Shown here in pieces: positions 50,368-59,240 of a DNA stretch of 64,000 bases. Position 1 is the first letter of the stretch. Every line of letters starts with the position of its first letter. Source of the DNA: Alphaproteobacteria bacterium (GTDB taxonomy: Bacteria; Pseudomonadota; Alphaproteobacteria; GCA-2731375); assembly GCA_965232515.1 (NCBI GenBank), contig CBDDPY010000002.1:3136001-3200000 (forward strand), in the 5' to 3' direction. A model generated the notes under the pieces. It did no database searches, was not told the origin of the DNA, and was given only the letters and a program-made list of their open reading frames with translations. The position numbers were made by a program, and so were the translations under genes.

Positions 50368-52131
50368 ATGCAGGCTGTCTCAACACGCGCAGAGAACAAT
50401 CCGATCAAGGAAGCGCTTACGCACTGCCGGACGGCGCTGCCCGCACTGATCCTTTTCAGTTGTTTGATCAATATTCTGATTCTGGCGTCGCCGATCTACA
50501 TGATGCAGGTCTTCGACCGGGTGCTGTCGAGCGGCCGGACAGAGACGCTGTTGTATCTGACGTTGATCGCCGGCGTTGCGGTGCTGGTGATGGGTGCGAT
50601 CCATATGGCGCGCAGTCAGATCCTGGCACGCATCGCGCGTTGGCTGGGACGCCGGCTGGCGCCGGATTTGATTGCGTCGTGCACGCGGGCGGCGCTCAAC
50701 GGCTTTTCGGCCGGCGCCCAGCCGCTGCGCGACCTCTCGACGATCCGCGGCTTCGTCTCAGGCTCGGGCATCAACGCCGTGTTCGACGCGCCCTGGGTGC
50801 CGTTGTTCGTCGCCGTGATCTGGCTGCTGCATCCCTGGCTCGGCATGGTCGCGCTCGGCGCCGCCGTCATGATCTTCGTCGTGGCGCTGCTGAACGAATA
50901 CCTGTCGCGCAAGCCGCTACGCGCATCGAACGTCGTGTCGCTGAGCGGTTATCGGGACGCCGACGCCGCCGTGCGCAACGCCGATGTCTTTCAGGCCATG
51001 GGCATGCTGCCGAACTTCCTCGCCAGCTGGACCCGGCGACAGGACGAGGGTCTGGACCAGCAATTGAAGGCCGGCGACCGCAGCGCCGCGCTGCTCGGCT
51101 TTTCACGCTTCTTCCGGGTGTTCGCCCAGGTCGCGATCCTGGGCGTCGGCGCCTATCTGGTATTGGAGTCCCAGTTGAGCTCCGGCGGCATGATCGCCGC
51201 GTCGATCCTCCTGGGCAGGGCGCTGGCGCCGGTCGAGCAGGCCATGGGCGCCTGGAAGGGCCTGGTCGCGGCGCGCGACGCGCATGGCCGCCTGAAGCGA
51301 CTGTTCGAACAGGCCCCGGTGACAGAAACCGCCATGGCGCTGCCGGCGCCGGAAGGGCGGCTGGCTTGTGAGCAGGTAATGTGGGTGCCGAACGGGCGCG
51401 AGGAACCGGTGCTGAACGGCGTCAGCTTCGCGCTCGAGCCGGGCGAGGCCTTGGGCATGATCGGCCCGTCGGCGGCGGGCAAGTCGTCGCTCTGCCGCAT
51501 GCTGGTCGGCACGGCAGCGCCGACGCGCGGCCATGTGCGGCTGGACGGCGCCGATCTGTTCGCCTGGCCGGCCGACGATCTGGGCCCGGCTATCGGCTAC
51601 CTGCCGCAGGACGTTGAGCTGTTCAGCGGCACGGTGAAGGCGAACATCGCCCGGCTCTGGGCCGACGCCGAGCCGGCCGAGATCGTCGCGGCCGCGAAGC
51701 TCGCCGGTGTGCATGACATGATCCTGCGGCTGTCGGACGGCTACGACACCGAGATCGGCGACGACGGCTCGCTGCTGTCGGGCGGTCAGCGTCAGCGAAT
51801 CGGCCTCGCCCGGGCGCTGTTCGGCCGGCCGAAGTTGATCGTGCTGGACGAACCCAACGCCAATCTGGACCAGGACGGCGAGCTCGCCCTGATGACGGCC
51901 ATCGAGGCCGCCAAGGGCTGGGGCGCGACTATCGTGCTGGTCGCCCACCATCCGCGCATTCTGGGTCAGATGGATAAGCTGATGGTGCTGCGCGACGGCC
52001 AGGTCGCCGTCTTCGGGCCGCGCGACGACATCCTGGCGCAGATCATGCCGCGACCGAAGACGGTCGCCACCACGCAACGGTCGGCGACGCCGGTCGGCGA
52101 GAATGCCGCCGTGCAGGCTGGGAGGACATGA
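50368..52131 (+). CDS. Type I secretion system permease/ATPase (PrtD-like)
   Basis: YMMQVFDRV, FDAPW, GPSAAGKS, GYLPQDVELF, LSGGQRQR, LDEPNANLD. Confidence 0.93.
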   Translation: MQAVSTRAENNPIKEALTHCRTALPALILFSCLINILILASPIYMMQVFDRVLSSGRTETLLYLTLIAGVAVLVMGAIHMARSQILARIARWLGRRLAPDLIASCTRAALNGFSAGAQPLRDLSTIRGFVSGSGINAVFDAPWVPLFVAVIWLLHPWLGMVALGAAVMIFVVALLNEYLSRKPLRASNVVSLSGYRDADAAVRNADVFQAMGMLPNFLASWTRRQDEGLDQQLKAGDRSAALLGFSRFFRVFAQVAILGVGAYLVLESQLSSGGMIAASILLGRALAPVEQAMGAWKGLVAARDAHGRLKRLFEQAPVTETAMALPAPEGRLACEQVMWVPNGREEPVLNGVSFALEPGEALGMIGPSAAGKSSLCRMLVGTAAPTRGHVRLDGADLFAWPADDLGPAIGYLPQDVELFSGTVKANIARLWADAEPAEIVAAAKLAGVHDMILRLSDGYDTEIGDDGSLLSGGQRQRIGLARALFGRPKLIVLDEPNANLDQDGELALMTAIEAAKGWGATIVLVAHHPRILGQMDKLMVLRDGQVAVFGPRDDILAQIMPRPKTVATTQRSATPVGENAAVQAGRT

Positions 52132-53501
52132 TGAGCAAGCAGAAGAACCCGATGCCCGAGGCCGCCAACGATCACGTCAAGTCGGCCAGCGCCATCGGCA
52201 CGCCGGGCCCGCTTCGCAAGGAACTGCGTTCCGTCACTTGGTTCGGCATTCTCGCCGGCGCGCTATTCTTCGCCATCGGCGGCGGCTGGGCGGCGACGGC
52301 GCAATTGTCTGCGGCCGCGATCGCCGCCGGTATCGTCAGTCCGGAAGGCCGGCGCCAGACCGTGCAGCACCTGGAAGGCGGCATCATCCGCGAGATCCGC
52401 GTCGCCGAAGGCGACAAGGTGGCCGAGGGCGACGTCCTGATGGTGCTGGGCGACGTCAGCGCCCGGGCCGAGGTGGGCGCGTTCATGACCCGACTGCGCA
52501 CGCTGGCGGCGACCGAAGCCCGACTGAGGGCGGAGGCCGAGGGCCGCGAGGACGTCGCCTTTACGCATGACACGCTCGCGGATCGGGACGATTCCGACGT
52601 GCGCGCCGTGATTACGCAGCAAAGCAGCCTGTTCGCGACCCGACGGGACAATTTCGACAGCCAGCAGTCGATCCTCGGCCAGCGCCTGGCGCAGCTCGAG
52701 CAGCAGATCGGCGGCATCAAGAAGCAGTTGCGCGGCACCCGCCGGCAGAACGAGCTGATCGGCGAAGAGATCGAGACCGTGGCCGAGCTGATGGCGAAGG
52801 GTCATGCCCGCAAGCCGCGGCTGCTGGCGCTGAAGCGCGCCGAGGCCTCGCTGCAAGGCCAGGAAGGCGAGCTGCAGGCGGCGCTGGCCCGCACGCGCGA
52901 GGCCATCGGCGAAACCGAGTTGCGGCGGGCGACATTGAAGCTGCAACGCATGGAGGACGTCGCCGAAAACCTGGCGCTGGTTCAGGAGCAGCGCATCGAG
53001 GTCGAGAAGCAGATCACGGCGAGCCTCGACCGCCTGAAGCGCACCGAGATCCTGGCACCCGTCGCCGGTACCGTGCACAAGCTGGCGTTCCACAGCGTCG
53101 GTGGCGTGATCCGCACCGGCCAGCCGATCCTCGATATCGTCCCCGCCGAGGACGACCTGATCATCGAGGCCCGCGTCTCGCCGACCGACATCGACGACGT
53201 GCATGCCGGCCTGTCGGCTTACGTCACCTTCCCGTCCTACGCCCAGCGCCACATGCTGCGCATCGCCGGCGAGGTGACGCACGTCTCGGCCGACGCGCTG
53301 GAGGACGAGCGGTCGGGCGAATACTTCTTCCTGGCCAAGATCAAAGTCGACCGCGACCACCTGCAGACGGCCGCGCCGGAGATCGAACTGACGCCCGGTC
53401 TGCCGGCCGAGTCCTATATCGCCACCGGCGACCGGACCATGCTGGAATATTTGGGCCAGCCGTTCATGCAGTCGCTGGAGCGCGCGTTTCGGGAACACTG
53501 A
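52128..53501 (+). CDS. HlyD-family type I secretion membrane fusion protein (PrtE-like)
   Basis: Single TM, VQHLEGGII, long coiled coil, APVAG, LTPGLPAE, RTMLEYL. Confidence 0.93.
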   Translation: MMSKQKNPMPEAANDHVKSASAIGTPGPLRKELRSVTWFGILAGALFFAIGGGWAATAQLSAAAIAAGIVSPEGRRQTVQHLEGGIIREIRVAEGDKVAEGDVLMVLGDVSARAEVGAFMTRLRTLAATEARLRAEAEGREDVAFTHDTLADRDDSDVRAVITQQSSLFATRRDNFDSQQSILGQRLAQLEQQIGGIKKQLRGTRRQNELIGEEIETVAELMAKGHARKPRLLALKRAEASLQGQEGELQAALARTREAIGETELRRATLKLQRMEDVAENLALVQEQRIEVEKQITASLDRLKRTEILAPVAGTVHKLAFHSVGGVIRTGQPILDIVPAEDDLIIEARVSPTDIDDVHAGLSAYVTFPSYAQRHMLRIAGEVTHVSADALEDERSGEYFFLAKIKVDRDHLQTAAPEIELTPGLPAESYIATGDRTMLEYLGQPFMQSLERAFREH

Positions 53502-53617
53502 GACCCGAACGACCTGTTCCAACCGCAGCCGCGCTGCCAAAACGCCATCGCGCGTTCGGCGGCGCGGCGGCATAATGGCCGGAACGACCAACAGACCGGC
53601 ATGGGACGGGAAGCGGG

Positions 53618-54682
53618 ATGGGCGAGGCGCAGGCTGGCGTGCAGACCATGGCGGTGCGCGCGGCGCACCGGTTCGACGAGGCGGCGCTGCAACGATATCT
53701 GGCCCGGCATCTCGACGGCTTCGACGCGCCGCTGACGGTGCACCAATTCGGCGGCGGCCAGTCGAACCCCACGTTTCTGATTGCTGGCGCCGGCGGCCGC
53801 GAGGCCGTGCTGCGCAAGAAGCCACCGGGCGATCTGCTGCCGTCCGCGCATGCGGTCGACCGTGAGTATCGGGTAATCACGGCGCTGGCGGAGACCGGCG
53901 TGCCGGTGCCACGCACCTATCACCTGTGTGAAGACGATACGGTCATCGGCACCAGCTTCTTCGTGATGGAGCGGGTGCATGGCCGGGTGCTGCGGGATCC
54001 GCTGCTGCCCGAGTTCACGCCTGAGGAACGCCGGGCGCTCTACGACCATCTGGCCGAGGTGCTGGGCACGCTGCACAGCGTCGACGTCGCGGCTGTCGGC
54101 CTGTCGGACTACGGCCGGCCGGGCAACTACTTCGAGCGCCAGTTCCGCCGCTGGTCGAAACAGTATCGCGCGGCCCAGACCGACGACATTCCGGCGATGG
54201 AAAAGCTGATCGAATGGCTGCCCGAACACATGCCGGGCGCCGACGAGCCCGACATGGCCGCTGTTGTGCACGGCGACTATCGCATCGAGAACACCATCGT
54301 GCACCCGGACGAGCCGCGCATCGTCGCCGTGCTGGACTGGGAGCTGTCGACTCTGGGCCACCCATTCGCCGACCTCGCCGCCTGCTGCACCGGGCACCAT
54401 GCCGATGTGCACGGTCACGGCAGCTTCCGTGGCCTGGATTTGAAGGCGATGGGCCTGCCGGGCGAGCGGCAGTTTCTCGAACGCTATTGCCGCGCCGCCG
54501 GCCGCAGCGAAATCCCCGATCTGACCAACGCTATCGTCTTCGCCCTGTTCCGCTCGGCCGCCATCGTCCAAGGCGTCTACAAGCGCGGGCTCGACGGCAA
54601 CGCCAGCTCGGCCGATGCCGTCAAGTTCGGTGATTACGCCCGGTCGCTTGCCGAGCAGGGTTGGGCCTTGGTGGCGCGTTAG
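53618..54682 (+). CDS. Phosphotransferase family protein (ACAD10/11 kinase-domain-like)
   Basis: GGQSNPT, LRKKP, SAHAVDREY, VHGDYRIEN, LDWELS. Confidence 0.9.
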   Translation: MGEAQAGVQTMAVRAAHRFDEAALQRYLARHLDGFDAPLTVHQFGGGQSNPTFLIAGAGGREAVLRKKPPGDLLPSAHAVDREYRVITALAETGVPVPRTYHLCEDDTVIGTSFFVMERVHGRVLRDPLLPEFTPEERRALYDHLAEVLGTLHSVDVAAVGLSDYGRPGNYFERQFRRWSKQYRAAQTDDIPAMEKLIEWLPEHMPGADEPDMAAVVHGDYRIENTIVHPDEPRIVAVLDWELSTLGHPFADLAACCTGHHADVHGHGSFRGLDLKAMGLPGERQFLERYCRAAGRSEIPDLTNAIVFALFRSAAIVQGVYKRGLDGNASSADAVKFGDYARSLAEQGWALVAR

Positions 54683-54686
54683 CGCG

Positions 54687-55301
54687 TCAGGCCGACTCCT
54701 TCACCTCGTCGACGCGGACGATCTGTTCGGCGACTTCGTCCAGCACGTTGGTCTGATCGAGCGTTCGGGCGATGATCATGGCGCCTTCGAGCGCCGACAG
54801 GATGCTGAGCGCGCGCTGGTGGCGCCTGCCAGAATCGGTGAGATCGGGATCCGTGGTGCGGCCCAGCACGGTCTCGAGCCAGTCGACGTTGCGCTGGAAG
54901 AACTGCTTGGCCTCGTCGGCGACGGAGAGCGGCAGGCTGGAGACCTCGGCCCCGAGAATGCCGCACAGGCACATCTGGCCGTCCTGCACCAGCGCATGGC
55001 GGAAGGCGTCGACATAGCGCGACAGCAACGTGGCCGGCGGCAGCGACGGATCGTCAGCGCCACCGATAGCGGTCAGAAACCGCTCGGTATAGCGTCGGGC
55101 GAGCGCCGCGCCGATGTCGGCCTTGGAGGCGAAATGCGCCAGCACGCCGGCGCTGTCCGTGCCGACCGATGCGGCGATGTCGTCGATGCTGAAACCGTTA
55201 TAGCCATCGCGACGGACGAAACGTTCCGTGGCGTCGAGAATTGCGTCGGCCGTGGCGGTGGCGGCGGTCACGGTTCGGTCCCCTGAGTCGACCGATTCCA
55301 A
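54687..55301 (-). CDS. TetR family transcriptional regulator
   Basis: GYNGFSIDDIA...HFASKADI HTH; GQMCLCG; start uncertain (TTG 55301 or GTG 55271). Confidence 0.85.
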   Translation of the reverse strand: MESVDSGDRTVTAATATADAILDATERFVRRDGYNGFSIDDIAASVGTDSAGVLAHFASKADIGAALARRYTERFLTAIGGADDPSLPPATLLSRYVDAFRHALVQDGQMCLCGILGAEVSSLPLSVADEAKQFFQRNVDWLETVLGRTTDPDLTDSGRRHQRALSILSALEGAMIIARTLDQTNVLDEVAEQIVRVDEVKESA

Positions 55302-55381
55302 TGCGTCATTGATAGCAGGTATCGCCTTGCGGCGCGATACCTGCCGTCAAATTCAGGAGCACGCCACCCGCGCGGGTATCA

Positions 55382-55396
55382 CGAAACAACTGAAAC
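55382..55396 (+). promoter_or_regulatory. Third CGAAACAAnnGAAAC box, upstream of the di-heme gene
   Basis: cacgaaacaactgaaac matches cacgaaacaaatgaaac (50267-50283) at 16/17. Confidence 0.6.
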
Positions 55397-55516
55397 CATA
55401 TTCCGGCGGGCCGGACACAAGACAGAAAAGCCGCCGCACCAGATTAGCCTCGGGAGAACACGTGCATCGCAAGGCTGGCGCGTTGCCGTTGCGATCGACG
55501 AACCAGAGGTGGACTC

Positions 55517-56989
55517 ATGAACATCCGTCTGATCACCGCAACCGCGCTGGCGTTGCTGGGGCTGGCGGCCCTGGCCCAGGGCGGGACCGATCCGGCCGCC
55601 GGCATCGAGCCAGTGCGCGAAAGCGACTTCTACGACAACGGCCCGAACGCGAAGGCCAAGGTCGCGCTCGGCCGCATGCTGTTCTTCGACAAGATCCTGA
55701 GCGGCAACAAGAACATTTCCTGCGCCACGTGCCACCATCCGAACCTCGGCACGGCCGACGGCGTGGCGCTCTCCTTCGGCGAAGGCGCCACGGGGCTGGG
55801 CAAGGACCGCCACGTCACGGCGGCGACGCCGGTGCTGGGCCGCGTGCCGCGCAACGCGCAGGCGCTCTATTTCCTGGGCGCCATGGAATACACCAGCCTG
55901 TTCCACGACGGCCGCGTCGAGCGCGACGCCAACAACAACTGGCCGAGCGGCTTCTGGTCGCCCGCGCGCGAGCAGCTGCCGGCGGGCCTCGACAATGTGC
56001 TGGCCGTGCAGGCCATGTTCCCGGTGGTTTCCGATATCGAGATGGCCGGCCATAAGGGCGAGAACCCGATCGCCACGGCCTCGGCGCTCGACGAACTGGA
56101 CGGCCCCGACGGTCTCTGGGCGCTGCTGGCGCGGCGGCTGCAGGCGATCCCGGAATATGTCGAGATGTTCATGGCGGCCTATCCGGACCAGGTGAAAACC
56201 GCCAACGACGTCACCTTCGTACACGCGGCGAACGCGATCGCGGCGTTCGAGAACGCCGCCTTCCGGCCCGACCATAGTCCGTTCGACCGCTATCTGCGGA
56301 CGCGAAACGCCAACCTGCTGAGCCGGCCGGCACGGCGGGGCATGGAACTGTTCTACGGCGAGGCCGGTTGCGGCGACTGCCACAGCGGCAAGTTCCAGAC
56401 CGACCAGCAGTTCCACGCCGTCGCCATGCCGCAGATCGGACCCGGCAAGAACGACGGTTTCGACCGCTCCTATTGGCGGGCGACGGGCTTCATGGGCCGA
56501 CTGGAAGATGCCGGCCGCTACCGGGTGACGTTTCGGCCGGAAGACAAGTACCGTTTCCGCACGCCGTCCCTGCGCAATGTCGAGCTGACCGGCCCGTGGG
56601 GCCATGCCGGGACCTATGACAGCCTGGAAGACGTGGTGCGGCACCATCTGGACCCGGCGTCGGCGCTCGCCGCTTATGACGCGCGCCAGGCCCGTTTGCC
56701 GGAACTCGCGCATGTCGTCGAGCGGACAGCCATCGGTTCGCAACTGCTCTACCGGCCGGTCAATCCGGCGCGGCTCGACGACTATCTGCGCCGCGACAAT
56801 TGGGTGCAGCAGACGCCGGTCCTGCGCCAGGCCATCGCACGGGCGAACGAGCTGCCGCCACGCCGGCTGAACGACGCCCAGGTCGACGACATCGTCGCCT
56901 TCCTGAAGGCGCTGACAGATCCCCGTAGTCGCGACCGCAGCGACCTGGTGCCCGAGCGGGTACCGAGCGGTCTGCCGGTCGCGGATTGA
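55517..56989 (+). CDS. Di-heme cytochrome c peroxidase/MauG superfamily protein
   Basis: Signal peptide, LGRMLFFD..LSG..NISCATCH, CGDCH, FRTPSLRNV..TGPWGHAG, AFLKALTD. Confidence 0.9.
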   Translation: MNIRLITATALALLGLAALAQGGTDPAAGIEPVRESDFYDNGPNAKAKVALGRMLFFDKILSGNKNISCATCHHPNLGTADGVALSFGEGATGLGKDRHVTAATPVLGRVPRNAQALYFLGAMEYTSLFHDGRVERDANNNWPSGFWSPAREQLPAGLDNVLAVQAMFPVVSDIEMAGHKGENPIATASALDELDGPDGLWALLARRLQAIPEYVEMFMAAYPDQVKTANDVTFVHAANAIAAFENAAFRPDHSPFDRYLRTRNANLLSRPARRGMELFYGEAGCGDCHSGKFQTDQQFHAVAMPQIGPGKNDGFDRSYWRATGFMGRLEDAGRYRVTFRPEDKYRFRTPSLRNVELTGPWGHAGTYDSLEDVVRHHLDPASALAAYDARQARLPELAHVVERTAIGSQLLYRPVNPARLDDYLRRDNWVQQTPVLRQAIARANELPPRRLNDAQVDDIVAFLKALTDPRSRDRSDLVPERVPSGLPVAD

Positions 56990-57023
56990 CACGACGTTTG
57001 ATCAGGAGAAGGAGGAACGTCTG

Positions 57024-57800
57024 ATGACAACGAAACGAACATTGCTGATCGCGGCCGCGACCTCGGCCCTCGGCTTTGCGCTGGTCGGTTATGCGCTGGC
57101 GAACGCCGGCGGCATCGCCGCCACGGCCGGCGGCGCGACAGCCGCGGCGGCGGCCGCCAAGACCTATGACGCGCCGGTCAGCATCGATCTGAGCTTTCTG
57201 TTCCATATCGACGAGGAACTGCCGGAGCAGGACGTCTTCGTCGAGCGCGTGCCGGGCTCGGGCCTGGTCTACCGGCCGACGGCGGCGACCCGGGACATGA
57301 ACCTGCCGCTCTACGCCACGGCCGAGCCGGTCGAGCACACGCCGTTCGAGCCGGACAATCTGGGTCCGTGGAAGAAGGGCAAGGCGCTGGGCGTGACGCT
57401 GGGTCAGTGGTTCGCCGCCAAGGGCAAGGGCAAATACACCTGCACCAATGGTCAAGGCCATCTGCGCGTCGACTTCACCGACCTGGTGCCGAACGGGACC
57501 TACACCATGTGGCACGACTTCTTCGCCTGGCCGCCGACCGAGCCATTCACCGGTACCTACGATCTGCCGCTGGGCGCGCGCGACGGTTCGGAGTCGGTGT
57601 TCAAGACCGACGCCAAGGGCCATGCCGTTGTCGAACGCAGCTTCAAACCGTGCCTGCAACTGACGGGCGAGCATCTGATGGCGGAACTGGCCATCGCCTG
57701 GCACAGCGACGGCAAAACCTACGGCCACCTGCCCGGGCCGTTCGCCTCGAACACGCACGTGCATATGTATACCGGTCTGCCGAAGCGCGCCGGTATCTGA
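57024..57800 (+). CDS. Hypothetical secreted protein (His/Trp-rich), partner of the di-heme enzyme
   Basis: Signal peptide, AAGGAGG RBS, 34 bp downstream of the di-heme gene; YTMWH, AWHSDG, HVH motifs; two Cys. Confidence 0.85.
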   Translation: MTTKRTLLIAAATSALGFALVGYALANAGGIAATAGGATAAAAAAKTYDAPVSIDLSFLFHIDEELPEQDVFVERVPGSGLVYRPTAATRDMNLPLYATAEPVEHTPFEPDNLGPWKKGKALGVTLGQWFAAKGKGKYTCTNGQGHLRVDFTDLVPNGTYTMWHDFFAWPPTEPFTGTYDLPLGARDGSESVFKTDAKGHAVVERSFKPCLQLTGEHLMAELAIAWHSDGKTYGHLPGPFASNTHVHMYTGLPKRAGI

Positions 57801-57823
57801 GGTCAATTGTTCGCTTTTAACGC

Positions 57824-58546
57824 TTAACCGGTATCGGCCGGGCCGCGTTCGCGCGGCTCGGCCGTCGGCCGTTCGCCGGCCACTTCCAGGAGCAGCTTCT
57901 TCAGGATCGCCGCCTCGAAGTCGTCGAAGTCGTCGGCCTCGATGACGAAGCCGTTCGACGTGCGCACGTTCTGACGGTAGAAGTCGCCGACATCGGGATC
58001 GTATTTCAGGATCGCCAGCGCGTTGATGGTGATGCCGAGCTGCTCGGCCAGCGCCACCGCCTGCTTCGGTCCCGGCCCGTCATTGTTCTCGCCGTCGCCC
58101 GACACGTCGATCACCTGCCGGTGCGCGGGGATGCCGCTGGTCTCGAGCAGGTTCATGGCGAAATCGAGCGCGGCGCCGACCGCCGTAAGCCCGGTCAGGC
58201 GCGTTTTCGCCGATCCTTCCAGCCGCCGCGCCGCAGCTTCTGCATCGCGCGCGTTCAGCAGCCGGGTCCAGGGCAGGATCACGGTCTGCTTCTTCGACGC
58301 GGAAAACAGGAACGCGGTGACGGCGATGCCGCCCGGCTGATTCTCCAGCCAATCGACGAAGCGGTCGGATGTCAGCGCCCGGCGGATGCCCCGCATCTGC
58401 AGCTCGTAGTCCGGTTGCTTGATGCTGCTGGAATCGTCGATCGCCAGGACCAGGCTGATCGAGACCGTGTCTTCCGCCCGCGCCGGGCCGACGGCCAGGC
58501 ACAGCAGCAGAAACGCGAACCGCAACAGCGAGCGACATCTAATCAT
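57824..58546 (-). CDS. DUF1194 (VWA-like) secreted protein
   Basis: LVLAIDDSSSI (MIDAS DxSxS), RQVIDVSGDG, GITINALAI, KKLLLEVA. Confidence 0.85.
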   Translation of the reverse strand: MIRCRSLLRFAFLLLCLAVGPARAEDTVSISLVLAIDDSSSIKQPDYELQMRGIRRALTSDRFVDWLENQPGGIAVTAFLFSASKKQTVILPWTRLLNARDAEAAARRLEGSAKTRLTGLTAVGAALDFAMNLLETSGIPAHRQVIDVSGDGENNDGPGPKQAVALAEQLGITINALAILKYDPDVGDFYRQNVRTSNGFVIEADDFDDFEAAILKKLLLEVAGERPTAEPRERGPADTG

Positions 58547-58651
58547 GCGACGTGCCTTTCGAATCGGCCGCCTCGCGCGAGACGGTACCCCGCAACGCAT
58601 CGGCACGGTAGAGTCCAATTCATTAACGATATCTCAACGGGGAGGGAAACG

Positions 58652-59170
58652 TTGACGCGACAACAGACTGCGTGGCCTGAAAGGGACGCCGCCGGACGGC
58701 GTTCAAGTTGGGGGTTGGCAGGCCTGTTGATCATTTTTCACAGCGTGCTGGCGGCAGCGCCGTCAGACGCGAACGACCGGGGCAAGGCGGTTTACAAGAA
58801 GGCGAACTGCGTCGGCTGCCATAAATGGCACGGCGCGGGCGGCGGCGGATATGGCGGCGCCGCGCTGTCCTTGCGCGAAATGGAACTGACGCGCGAGCAG
58901 TTTCTAGAAGTGGTGCGCTGCGGCCGGCCGGCGACGCGCATGCCGTACCACGACCGACGCGCCTGGAAGAAACAGATGCCGTGCTTCGAGATGACCCGGC
59001 AGGAGATCGGCAGCGACGCACCGCCGAAGGCCGCGAAGCTGCTGCGGCCGGAAGAGATCGAGGCCGTCGCCGACTATGTCTACGCGGCTGTCGTGGGCAA
59101 AGGCGATCCGACGAAGGCCGAGTGCGTGGCCTTTTGGGGTGAAGACGCCCGCGAGTGCAAACGCTTCTGA
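58652..59170 (+). CDS. Monoheme c-type cytochrome
   Basis: TTG start after GGAGG, signal-like segment, CVGCH, RMP distal Met, extra Cys pairs. Confidence 0.85.
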   Translation: MTRQQTAWPERDAAGRRSSWGLAGLLIIFHSVLAAAPSDANDRGKAVYKKANCVGCHKWHGAGGGGYGGAALSLREMELTREQFLEVVRCGRPATRMPYHDRRAWKKQMPCFEMTRQEIGSDAPPKAAKLLRPEEIEAVADYVYAAVVGKGDPTKAECVAFWGEDARECKRF

Positions 59171-59196
59171 CGGCGACCGCCACGGTGCGTGAACCG

Positions 59197-59233
59197 AAAA
59201 AGAAAAGGCGGGCCTTTCGGCCCGCCCTTTTTT
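59197..59233. terminator. Bidirectional intrinsic terminator
   Basis: A-tract, ggcgggcc-tttc-ggcccgcc, T-tract between convergent genes. Confidence 0.85.
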
Positions 59234-59240
59234 CAGGTGA

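Noticed and set aside
57024-57800. Calling the partner MbnP
   Set aside because: No WxW motif or recognisable MbnP sequence features
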